A DNA stretch of 64,000 bases from Pseudonocardiales bacterium (lineage in GTDB: Bacteria > Actinomycetota > Actinomycetes > Mycobacteriales > Pseudonocardiaceae). Position 1 is the first letter of the stretch. The number at the start of each line of letters is the position of its first letter. Shown here piece after piece: positions 18,784 through 26,904 of this stretch. Location: NCBI GenBank assembly GCA_019244165.1, contig JAFATA010000012.1:22912-86911 (forward strand). The letters run 5' to 3'. Below the pieces are notes generated by a model, which was given only the letters and a program-made list of their open reading frames with translations, was not told where the DNA came from and searched no databases. A program made the translations under genes and the position numbers.

Positions 18784-19200
18784 ATGACACCCGGCCGCTA
18801 TTGTTCTCGGGTGACCGCTGCATCCGCCGGATCGCCGCAGCCGGGCCGGCCCCCGTTCGTGGACGCGACGCCAGCGCAGATCCGTGGCGCCCTCACACCG
18901 GAGGACGTCACGGAGTTCGACCGCCAGTGGCGCGCGGTCATGAACCAAGCCACGGACCGACTAGACCTCTCGGAGGTGCACCAGGTCCTGGAAGCGTGGC
19001 GCCGGGTCGCCTGGCTCACCGTGGCCAGAGGCCCGCACGGGTACCGGCGGACGATGGCCTCGGCCGAACAGCGCCTGCGCACCGGTGAACGCGGCGCTGG
19101 TAGCGTGCCCTGGCACCAGCTTCAAGCGAGGCTCGGTCTGTCCGAGGGAGCACCTCAGCATGAGCTACGAGATCGACGTCGATCTCCAGGCGCAGGATGA
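18784..19200 (+). CDS. putative antitoxin partner of the downstream ParE/RelE-like gene (DUF6247-like from memory)
   Basis: The ORF contains ...TPAQIRGALTPEDVTEFDRQWRAVM...LSEVHQVLEAWRRVAWL.... It overlaps the toxin start by about 40 nt. The start is uncertain (track start 18751). Confidence 0.45.
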   Translation: MTPGRYCSRVTAASAGSPQPGRPPFVDATPAQIRGALTPEDVTEFDRQWRAVMNQATDRLDLSEVHQVLEAWRRVAWLTVARGPHGYRRTMASAEQRLRTGERGAGSVPWHQLQARLGLSEGAPQHELRDRRRSPGAG

Positions 19201-19411
19201 CATCGCCGCGCTGCCCGCGAGGGCGCTGTTGACCCTCGCCGAGGCGATGACCATCCTGGAACTGACCCCATGGAACGGCCGCCCGATCAATTCGGCCAAC
19301 CCCGACGGTGCCGTCCGGACGTTAGCCTTCGGCTCCGCCGGGATGCTGACCTATCTCGTGCTCGATGACGAGAAGCGCGTGGACGTCCTGATCGTCGTCT
19401 GGGCGAGCTGA
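19160..19411 (+). CDS. RelE/ParE-family toxin
   Basis: ATG at 19160 after GAGGGAG. The 83-aa product MSYEIDVDLQAQDDIAALP...VRTLAFGSAGMLTYLVLDDEKRVDVLIVVW fits the ParE/RelE fold pattern. Confidence 0.7.
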   Translation: MSYEIDVDLQAQDDIAALPARALLTLAEAMTILELTPWNGRPINSANPDGAVRTLAFGSAGMLTYLVLDDEKRVDVLIVVWAS

Positions 19412-19560
19412 CCGAACCGACTGAGCGGGCACTGGTCTGTCGGTGCCCGACCCCCTCGAACGGCCGGGCACCGGACCCCGGGATACTCCCGCAACGACAG
19501 GGCCGGTCGGCGGGCCAAGCGAGGAGTTCAGCGGGTGCCAACCACCACCAACGGAGTCCC

Positions 19561-19605
19561 GACGGTTCCACCGTCCAGTACCGGATCGACGGTTCCACCG
19601 TCCAG
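19561..19605 (+). promoter_or_regulatory. two copies of an 18-bp element, gacggttccaccgtccag (each with a gacgg/ccgtc mini-palindrome), upstream of mycP
   Basis: Copies lie at 19561-19578 and 19588-19605 (27-bp spacing), 30-90 nt upstream of the possible mycP starts. Confidence 0.35.
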
Positions 19606-19635
19606 CACGTTCAGCAGAGTGACGGTGGTGGCTCC

Positions 19636-21138
19636 GTGCGCCCGTATCGAGCCCGGCCGGCCGCTGGCCGGGGGTGTGCTGGGCCGCTACCACCGGTGAG
19701 GGCACTCACCGGTCATCGCCGCACCCCGCTGGTGGCCCCGCTGATGACCGCTGCCCTCGCCCTGTTGTGCCTGGCCGGACCGGCGTGGCCGGTGGCCGCC
19801 CAGCCGGGCAACCGGCCGCCCGGCGTGCCACCCCCGGTTGACCTCACTGCCCTGCCCACTCCGGCCAGCGTGAACACCCTGCCTTACCTCGTGAGCACCC
19901 CGGCTGCCCAGCAGACCGGGCCGCCCACCCGACAGGCACCCTGCCAGCAGCCAGTCACGAGCGGCGCGCAGGACCTTGTGACCGAGCCGACGGCGCAACG
20001 ACGGCTGCGGATCCGCAAAGCCCAGGAGTACGCAACCGGACGCGGCCAGCGGGTCGCCGTGATCGACAGCGGGGTGCAGCCGCATCCCAGGCTGCTCGGC
20101 AGATTGATCGATGGCGGGGACTACATCGAGAATCGCAGCGGCCTGTTCGACTGCGACGGCCACGGTACCGCGGTCGCCGGTCTGATCGCCGCAGCTCCCG
20201 ATGCGCGCACCGGATTCGTCGGGGTGGCCCCCGCCGCGGAAATCCTGGCTATTCGCCAGGGCAGCACCTTCTACTCGGTACCACTGCGCCAGCTCACCAC
20301 CGGCCAGCAGACCAGCTCCAGCGCCGGCGACACCAGGAGCATGGCGGCCGCGGTGATGCGCGCCGTACAGCTGGGCGCGACAGTGATCAATATTTCGGAA
20401 GCCGCGTGTTTCCCGGCTGAGCCCAACCAGGTCAACGCGCCGGACCTGCAGGCCGCCGTGCACTACGCGGTAGAGCACAACGTTGTCGTGGTGGTGGCCG
20501 CCGCGAACGTCAGCAATATCTGCAAACAGAACAGCCCCGGGGTAGTCACCACGATCTCCTCGCCAGGCTGGTTCGACGCTGACGTGCTCACGGTCGCCGC
20601 GACGTACGACGATGGCCAGCCAGCGGACTTCTCGATTCGTGGACCGTGGGTCGATGTGGCCGCCCCGGGCACCGGCGCGGTGTCGTTGGCGCCCGGGCGC
20701 GCAGGGCTGACCGCCGGACTCCTCGACGCCCGCAGTCAAGCCTATCCGCTCAGCGGAACCAGCTTCGCCGCTCCCTACGTGGCCGGGCTAGCGGCGCTGG
20801 TCCGGGACCGGTTCACGAACCTGAGCGCGCGTCAGGTGATCCATCGTATCGAACAGACCGCCCGGCATCCCGCGGGCCGGCGCGAGCGCAACGAGGACGT
20901 TGGCTACGGCATGATCGACCCCGTTGCCGCGCTCACCGCGGTCCTGCCCGAAGAGCGCAGCCCGCAGGCCCAGCCCGTGCTGCCGAGTAAACGGGACGGT
21001 CTGCGCAGCACGCCGCGCCCGAACAGCACGCTCGCACTGGCCGGCTCTGCCGCAGCGCTCGGGGCGCTCGGACTGGCCTTGATGGTCGTCCAGACCGTCA
21101 AACGGCAGCGGCGGTGCCCCCACCAGCCGCGGCATTGA
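19636..21138 (+). CDS. mycP: mycosin-type S8 subtilase (type VII secretion-associated serine protease) with a C-terminal membrane anchor
   Basis: The catalytic triad contexts are VAVIDSGV, DCDGHGTAVAG and LSGTSFAAPYVAG. The signal-like N-terminus is ...LMTAALALLCLAGPAWPVAA. The C-terminal TM plus basic stop-transfer is LALAGSAAALGALGLALMVVQTVKRQRR. The true start may be 19696 or 19744. Confidence 0.9.
   Translation: MRPYRARPAAGRGCAGPLPPVRALTGHRRTPLVAPLMTAALALLCLAGPAWPVAAQPGNRPPGVPPPVDLTALPTPASVNTLPYLVSTPAAQQTGPPTRQAPCQQPVTSGAQDLVTEPTAQRRLRIRKAQEYATGRGQRVAVIDSGVQPHPRLLGRLIDGGDYIENRSGLFDCDGHGTAVAGLIAAAPDARTGFVGVAPAAEILAIRQGSTFYSVPLRQLTTGQQTSSSAGDTRSMAAAVMRAVQLGATVINISEAACFPAEPNQVNAPDLQAAVHYAVEHNVVVVVAAANVSNICKQNSPGVVTTISSPGWFDADVLTVAATYDDGQPADFSIRGPWVDVAAPGTGAVSLAPGRAGLTAGLLDARSQAYPLSGTSFAAPYVAGLAALVRDRFTNLSARQVIHRIEQTARHPAGRRERNEDVGYGMIDPVAALTAVLPEERSPQAQPVLPSKRDGLRSTPRPNSTLALAGSAAALGALGLALMVVQTVKRQRRCPHQPRH
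21003..21112 (+). repeat. mycP 3'-terminal segment (intact copy) that is duplicated at 24672-24749
   Basis: See the partner repeat at 24672-24749. This copy encodes ...RSTPRPNSTLALAGSAAALGALGLALMVVQTVKRQR of MycP. Confidence 0.8.
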
Positions 21139-21435
21139 CCGGACGGAGGGCGTGGTGGCTTGGGTCCTGATCTGTGGTTGCTGCTGCGTCTGGGCTGCGC
21201 TCCCTGTCCCGAACTCGACACCAGGGTTGTTCGGGCGGTGATGGGCAGCGCCGCACACAATCGATCACCTCCTCGCCGGGCCGCATCCTGATATCCACCG
21301 TTGTCGCCGGTGCACCCCGGTGGGGATACGCATATCCATGCACTTTAACTGTGAGCTGGGATAACTACGGCTTACGACCCGTCCCGGCATGTAACGACCG
21401 GCAGTGCGTGGCAGATATAAAAGACACGGGAACGG

Positions 21436-22146
21436 ATGAGCCCGCCGCACGGGGGGAGCCACACGGAAATGATCATGATACCGACCGTTTTCCGCTTTGT
21501 CCGTTCTTGTACGTGCCGCAGTCTGCGGCGTTCGTCTTCTCTCACTCTACGTAATGACAGCAGCCGAGGGACTACCCATCCGAGAGGGACCAGTAGGCCT
21601 CTGCGTTGCAGTCGGTTTAAGCGGTTCGCTGACCGACGAGCTGGCGGCCGAGACGGCCGCAGCAGGATTCCCCGTTACTCGGAGCAACCAGAACCCACAC
21701 CCTACGTCAAAGAGCTGGTCGACGAGTACGCCAAGCAGGCTGCTGCCGAGCGCGAGGCCATGGAGAGAGATACCGCTCCCTGGCGCCAAGACTTAGCCCA
21801 ACTCATCGACAAGCTACGCCATGAAGTGCACCCCGACCCTGCAGTGCGGGCGTGGCGACAGCGAGAGGCCTCCCAAGAGAAGCGGCGGCTCGAAGCGGCG
21901 ATCGCGAGTCGACGCAGGCAGTACGTCGATCGGCGGAACCAGCTGGCCGCGCACACCTGTGTCCGCATCGAGACCTACTGGACCAGGTTGGTACAGGTTC
22001 ACCCGGACGGCGAGCTGCTGACCAACTGGATCAACGAGTGGAAACCCCCGCAGCTGGCCGGTCCCCTGGGAAAGCTGATCGAGATCGACGAACTGAACGG
22101 GAGCGACGAACCCAGCGAGCTCGACGGACCATCGGAGATCAACTGA
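21436..22146 (+). CDS. hypothetical charged/helical (coiled-coil-like) protein with an acidic tail; 5' end uncertain
   Basis: The convincing coding sequence starts at about 21680: ...PYVKELVDEYAKQAAAEREAMERD...RRLEAAIASRRRQYVDRRNQLAAH...ELNGSDEPSELDGPSEIN. Upstream of that, another frame (21554-21680: MTAAEGLPIREGPVGLCVAVGLSG...) looks more protein-like, so a frameshift or a later start is possible. The stop lies 1 nt before the next gene. Confidence 0.5.
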   Translation: MSPPHGGSHTEMIMIPTVFRFVRSCTCRSLRRSSSLTLRNDSSRGTTHPRGTSRPLRCSRFKRFADRRAGGRDGRSRIPRYSEQPEPTPYVKELVDEYAKQAAAEREAMERDTAPWRQDLAQLIDKLRHEVHPDPAVRAWRQREASQEKRRLEAAIASRRRQYVDRRNQLAAHTCVRIETYWTRLVQVHPDGELLTNWINEWKPPQLAGPLGKLIEIDELNGSDEPSELDGPSEIN

Positions 22147-22147
22147 T

Positions 22148-23371
22148 ATGCACAGTGCTCGCACGATCCACCGCTGGTGGCGCCGAGAAAGCTTCCACAT
22201 GGAGGTCACAACGGTGGCGCCACCTAGCTTGTTCACTCACTTGATGCCACAAAGGCAGATTACCCGCTTGGAGCAACGGATGCGCCGAGCCGAGGCGGAT
22301 GCCCGGGGGTGGGTGGCCGAGCTGTCTGGCGCGCTCGACGTCGGTTCCGGGGGTGTGTTCGACGGGCGACTGGACGGGTTAGAGGTCAAATGGCACGCGC
22401 AGGACGACCGCGAGCACAACGCCTACCTGTCCGAGCTGGGCAAGCGGCTCGCCAAGGCGCAAGGTGCCATCGTTTTCGCCGAGAAGACCGTCGAGCAAGC
22501 CAAGGAGGACCAGGAACGTGCCGCGCGGGACTATGAAGGGGCACGGGTACGACTCGGCGGCGAGCCACGGAGTCGCCAAGGCAAGCCGACCGGAGAAACC
22601 GAGGGGAGCGCATCTCAACTCGAACCGCTGATGTGGCTGTTCGTGCTCGGCGCGGTGGCTGGTGATATCGCAGTGTTCTACAACGTCTTGGCGAGGTTGT
22701 TCCGAAGCAATCCGGTGTTAGTTGGAGCCTGTACCGTCGGCTTCGTGGCCGCCGCGATCGGGATTTGTCATCTTATCGGGATCGGGTTGCAGGAGAGGCA
22801 GTCCGCCGTCCGGAGCCGCAGCGATGCGCTGCTCTGGGCGAAAGTGGTCGCCTGGCTCGCCCTCGGGTGTTTGGCGTTTTTCGTCCGCCTCCGTGTCGGT
22901 GTCAGTTCTTCGGGCACTCTACAAAATATGGGGAGCTCAGGTTTCGGGCTGACGCCGGCCACGAACGTTGATCGGGACCTGCTCGCCGCGCTCTTTTTCG
23001 CTGGCCTGTACCTCGTTAGTGGGCTCGTCGCCATCACGGCATCTTTCAGGATGTTCAACCCCGCTGCCCGAGCTTTTCGGCACGCGTCACGCAATGTCAA
23101 GAAGCTCAAAAAGGCCGAGCGGAACACCAAGAACGCCCAAGCGCAGCTCGTGGAGCAGATCGAGCTCAAAAGTGCGGTCGACGCCGAGGTGGCTCGTGCC
23201 ACAGAGCGGCGGAGGGGAGTTCGTTACTGCACTGAAGCCAACATTGTCAGCCTTAAATGGTTCGTACGCAATCTGATAGCCGCCGAGCTGAACGACCCCA
23301 CAGCGCATGACATTTTGATGAAGGACGCGCCCAAGATGAGAACGTACCCCGAACCCGAGCCCACGTCATGA
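22148..23371 (+). CDS. hypothetical membrane protein: charged helical N-terminus, four TM helices, charged helical C-terminus
   Basis: 407 aa. The hydrophobic helices are LMWLFVLGAVAGDIAVFYNVL, VLVGACTVGFVAAAIGICHLIGIGL, LLWAKVVAWLALGCLAFFVRL and LLAALFFAGLYLVSGLVAITASF. They are flanked by K/E/R/A-rich segments. It has an ATGA overlap with the next gene. Confidence 0.65.
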   Translation: MHSARTIHRWWRRESFHMEVTTVAPPSLFTHLMPQRQITRLEQRMRRAEADARGWVAELSGALDVGSGGVFDGRLDGLEVKWHAQDDREHNAYLSELGKRLAKAQGAIVFAEKTVEQAKEDQERAARDYEGARVRLGGEPRSRQGKPTGETEGSASQLEPLMWLFVLGAVAGDIAVFYNVLARLFRSNPVLVGACTVGFVAAAIGICHLIGIGLQERQSAVRSRSDALLWAKVVAWLALGCLAFFVRLRVGVSSSGTLQNMGSSGFGLTPATNVDRDLLAALFFAGLYLVSGLVAITASFRMFNPAARAFRHASRNVKKLKKAERNTKNAQAQLVEQIELKSAVDAEVARATERRRGVRYCTEANIVSLKWFVRNLIAAELNDPTAHDILMKDAPKMRTYPEPEPTS

Positions 23372-24606
23372 TCGGACTGAGTAGGGTTTTTGCCGCCGGC
23401 ACCGCCCCTCTCCTGGCCATCGCGCTGGTGGCGTGCAGTGGGGGCGGTAACGCCCACTCGGGAGAATTCGTGATCGGCGGGGAGTGCGCCATGCCGGCCG
23501 GGCCACTTGCCGTGGCGATATCCCGGCGGGCGAACAGCCCCGGCGACCTACCCGTTCCGGTGAGCCAGATCGTGCAGCGGTTCATCACGCGTATCCCGGC
23601 GGGGGTGACCGGACCGACCCTGAGCTTGATCAACGTCGATGGTCGCTCCCGTGTTTATCAACACGGGAACTTCTTCTCGGACTCCGGGAACGATGAGGGT
23701 CTCCAAGACGACCAACAGAAGTTCCTGGCCGGGTTCACCAGCACCGCAGCCGCGATGCGCGCCGCAGAGCCCGAGGTGGATGTCCTGGGTGCGCTGGAGG
23801 AGGCGGGAAACGCCGCGGGCGCGGGCCGACCGGCGGCCGGCACCGTCGTCCTCGTCGACTCCGGTCTGTCCACAACCGGCGCGCTGGACTTCAGCCAACC
23901 GGGCATGCTGGATGCTCCAGCCGATGACCTGATCTCCTCCCTGCGGAGAACCAAGGCATTGCCCCATCTGAGCGGGTTGACCGTGGCTCTGGTCGGAGTC
24001 GGGGAGGTTGCCCGCCCGCAGCAGAAGCTCGGCACTCGTCAGCCGGGCCTCGCCGAGCTGTGGACACAGATCGCCAAAGCCAGCGGGGCGGCCTGCGTCA
24101 CGTCGGTCGAGGTGACGCGCTCCGACGACCCGGTCGATGGCCAGGTCAAGCCGGTGAAACTCGTCCCGGTCCCCTCTCCTGTGGTGGTTCATCCTCACGG
24201 GATCGTTCTCCTTGACGCAGGCGAGGTTCGATTTGAGGAGGGGCAGGCGGCCTTCCGCGACCGGAAAGCCGCGCGCACAGCGCTGGAGCCGATCGCCGCC
24301 CCGCTCAAGAACCAACCGTCGCACCACCTGCGGCTCATTGGCACCACCGCGCGCTGGGGTTCCCGGGACTACCAACTCGACCTGGCTAGGCGGCGGGCTG
24401 AGACCGTCAAGCAGGAGCTGGTCGGGCTCGGCGCCAACCCGAACCAGATCGAGACTCGCGGCTTAGGCAGCTATTTCGCGCAGTACGTCCCGGACAATGG
24501 CCCTGGCGGCGTGCTCTTACCGGGGCCAGCGCAACAAAATCGAACGGTCCGGATCGAGTCCTGCGATCCCACCTGCCCACCCGATCCAGCGGCCCCACCG
24601 GCATGA
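23368..24606 (+). CDS. lipoprotein with an unassigned central domain and a C-terminal OmpA/MotB-type peptidoglycan-binding domain
   Basis: The signal plus lipobox is MIGLSRVFAAGTAPLLAIALVAC-SGG. The C-terminus LRLIGTTARWGSRDYQLDLARRRAETVKQELVGLGANPNQIETRGLG...NRTVRIE fits the OmpA-like pattern. Confidence 0.75.
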   Translation: MIGLSRVFAAGTAPLLAIALVACSGGGNAHSGEFVIGGECAMPAGPLAVAISRRANSPGDLPVPVSQIVQRFITRIPAGVTGPTLSLINVDGRSRVYQHGNFFSDSGNDEGLQDDQQKFLAGFTSTAAAMRAAEPEVDVLGALEEAGNAAGAGRPAAGTVVLVDSGLSTTGALDFSQPGMLDAPADDLISSLRRTKALPHLSGLTVALVGVGEVARPQQKLGTRQPGLAELWTQIAKASGAACVTSVEVTRSDDPVDGQVKPVKLVPVPSPVVVHPHGIVLLDAGEVRFEEGQAAFRDRKAARTALEPIAAPLKNQPSHHLRLIGTTARWGSRDYQLDLARRRAETVKQELVGLGANPNQIETRGLGSYFAQYVPDNGPGGVLLPGPAQQNRTVRIESCDPTCPPDPAAPPA

Positions 24607-24622
24607 CCGTCCATCCGGGGGC

Positions 24623-25921
24623 TCATGGATGTTTGTGCGCGTTCTGGCGGCGCAACGCGCGGGTTTGTTCGGCGCAGCACGCCGCCTCCGAACAACACGC
24701 TCGCGCTGGCCGGCTCTGATGGTCGTCCAGACCGTCAAACGGCAGCGGCAGCGCCCCGGTTAAGATCGATGGCGCTGGGGAGCGTCCATTGCTGGGTGAG
24801 CCGACCCAGAGCGTGTAATGCTGTGGCGTGATCGTCAGGCCGAACTGGTCAATGCCAGGGCGCCCAGCGTTATCCCAGTCAGCCAGGATCGGGTCGATCT
24901 TGGCCCACAGATGCCGGATGCCGGTTTCGTGAACCCGAGCAGGTCCGCCCGAACGCGGCTCGACGCGGACCCATGAGTTACTGGCTGGATGCCACCAGCG
25001 GTAATCCACCACCGTGCCGTCCTCGCGGTGCACAAACATCAGCTGGCTCCGCTCGGCGATCAAAGAAGCCAAGAACGAGGCAACGGTGAAATCTAAGCTC
25101 CCTGGTAGGTCAGCGTCGTACTGCCGTTCCGCGACGCCGCCGGTAACCTCGAAAACCCGCCCACTCGTGGACGTGGGTAGCTCGCCTTCGGTGTGCAGCG
25201 CCATGAATCCGGCCTGGCCGCAGAACTGACCAGATACCATGTCACCGTTGCCGCGCCGGAGAGCGACCAGGCCACGGCTGACATTGGCGACGATCAACCC
25301 GCCAGGCGCCAACTGCTGGATCCAGGCTGCCGGGATGCGGTCCACTCCGCAAGTAGCGATGATCCGGTCGAAAGGGGCGCGTTCGGCCGCGCGACGGGCA
25401 CCGTTGCCGGTCAGTACCGTCACCGGGAATCCGGCATCGTCGAGGACCTCCTTCGCTGCCTGAGTGAGACGGGGATCGACGTCGATGGTCGTGACGTTGT
25501 CCGGGCCGAGTCGATGGGCCAGCAGGGCGGCGTTGTATCCCGTTCCGGTACCAATTTCCAGTACCTTGTGTCCGTCGTGGACATCCAGCAGGCCCAGCAT
25601 GTGCGCCATGAGGGCAGGCTCGGTGCTGGACGAGATGGCCACGCCATTGTCCGCGTAACGTGTGATCAGCGCTTCGTTCCGGTAGGCCGCCGCCAACCAT
25701 CGTGGACGTTCGGCCGGATCCGAGCCGTCGTACCAGCTCGCCGCAGCCGGACCGGGCTGCCCGGGCGCGCTGATCGCGAAACGCGGCGCGAAGAGGTGCC
25801 GAGGCACGCTCTGCCAGGCACGCCGCCAAGCGGGGTCGTTCAGGAGCCCAGCAGCGGCCAGCTCATCGGCCAGTTGCTCCCGGTAGTCGGCGGCCATGTC
25901 ATCGGTGACGGTGGTATTCAC
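24623..25921 (-). CDS. PIMT-like O-methyltransferase of an ATP-grasp RiPP system (TIGR04188-like)
   Basis: The SAM motif is VLEIGTGTGYNAALLA. The N-terminus ...AADYREQLADELAAAGLLNDPAWRRAWQSVPRHLF is typical of this family. The GTG at 25921 overlaps the ATP-grasp stop (GTGA); an ATG at 25897 is also possible. The last about 45 codons read antisense through the mycP-remnant junction. Confidence 0.85.
   Translation of the reverse strand: MNTTVTDDMAADYREQLADELAAAGLLNDPAWRRAWQSVPRHLFAPRFAISAPGQPGPAAASWYDGSDPAERPRWLAAAYRNEALITRYADNGVAISSSTEPALMAHMLGLLDVHDGHKVLEIGTGTGYNAALLAHRLGPDNVTTIDVDPRLTQAAKEVLDDAGFPVTVLTGNGARRAAERAPFDRIIATCGVDRIPAAWIQQLAPGGLIVANVSRGLVALRRGNGDMVSGQFCGQAGFMALHTEGELPTSTSGRVFEVTGGVAERQYDADLPGSLDFTVASFLASLIAERSQLMFVHREDGTVVDYRWWHPASNSWVRVEPRSGGPARVHETGIRHLWAKIDPILADWDNAGRPGIDQFGLTITPQHYTLWVGSPSNGRSPAPSILTGALPLPFDGLDDHQSRPARACCSEAACCAEQTRALRRQNAHKHP
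24672..24749 (+). repeat. decayed direct duplicate of the mycP 3' end
   Basis: gcgcagcacgccgcctccgaacaacacgctcgcgctggccggctctg + atggtcgtccagaccgtcaaacggcagcggc aligns with 21003-21049 plus 21082-21112. I counted about 74/78 identical by eye. A 32-bp stretch (21050-21081) is missing, which breaks the frame. Confidence 0.8.
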
Positions 25922-26904
25922 GGAGTCCAGCCCTCCAACAGGTCGGCGATAGCATGGGCGATCGGCAGATCGGTCGCCAACTCGATCCAGCCCCATTGCC
26001 CGTTAGGGCTGACTTCGAGGAAATACCAGCATCCTTCGGGGTCAACAATAAATTCGAGTGCGCCGTACGCAAGCCCCAGGGAGGTCATGAGCTGATTCAC
26101 CCCGTCGGAAATCGGTCGCGGCACGGTCGCCGGCTGGTAGGTGAGGCTGCCATAGTCCGACCGCCAATCGACACGAGTCTTGTCTGAAGACGCGTCGATC
26201 CGGGCCGCAAATTGCTGTTGGCCGACGACAATCAGCCGCACCTCGAATTTCTTGGGCACCCGAGACTGAAATAAATGAGCAGTGCGGGCTACGCCGTCGG
26301 TGATCTCCTCGGCGGTAACCGGACTTGTGTACAGGGCAACGGCTTTTCTCTCCGCTCCGTCCGGCGAGCCTCGGAGAGGCTTGTAGATAGCACCGTCCTT
26401 TTGGGCGGTCACGAAGGCCCGAGCCGCCTTGGGATCGTTGGTGATGAACGTGTCCGGGATAGCGAGACCGCACGCTACGGCGGTGGCTAACTGGAGCGGC
26501 TTGCTTTCGGCAATGGCATTGCAGTGCGGGTGGTTCACCCACCGACACCGCAACGCACTAAGAACGCCACCAAAACCAGCGAGGGCCTCCCGCTCCGTCC
26601 ATGCACGGTCACTGGTCGGCATCGCTGGGTGCAGGACAAACCGGGTAGGCCGCCGGTACCATACCGACCGTATATCAGCCAGACATACAGTGTGATGATC
26701 GGTGGACAAAAGGCCGTGCCAGCCGTTCCGCCCTCCTCCGATCCGAGCCTGCAGCACTAGTGTTTCCGGAAACTCGGCTACATCTAGACGGACCACCGGA
26801 ACGCGCCGCGAACTTAGTTCGCAGATGACTAAATCGGCAGTGGGATCAAAACACTGGGTCAGCACCAGCACAGGTGACTTAGTCACGTGGTCAGTCTGTT
26901 CCAT
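25918..26904 (-). CDS. ATP-grasp ribosomal peptide maturase (SAV_5884/TIGR04187-like)
   Basis: It contains ...PVLVLTQCFDPTADLVICELSSRRVPVVRLD...IRSVWYRRPT...VNHPHCNAIAESKPLQLATAVACGLAIPDT...GALEFIVDPEGCWYFLEVSPNGQWGW.... It is coupled to the methyltransferase downstream and the small precursor upstream. Confidence 0.85.
   Translation of the reverse strand: MEQTDHVTKSPVLVLTQCFDPTADLVICELSSRRVPVVRLDVAEFPETLVLQARIGGGRNGWHGLLSTDHHTVCLADIRSVWYRRPTRFVLHPAMPTSDRAWTEREALAGFGGVLSALRCRWVNHPHCNAIAESKPLQLATAVACGLAIPDTFITNDPKAARAFVTAQKDGAIYKPLRGSPDGAERKAVALYTSPVTAEEITDGVARTAHLFQSRVPKKFEVRLIVVGQQQFAARIDASSDKTRVDWRSDYGSLTYQPATVPRPISDGVNQLMTSLGLAYGALEFIVDPEGCWYFLEVSPNGQWGWIELATDLPIAHAIADLLEGWTP

Noticed and set aside
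19687-20739. 350-aa minus-strand ORF
   Set aside because: It is antisense to mycP, whose catalytic triad motifs are clear.
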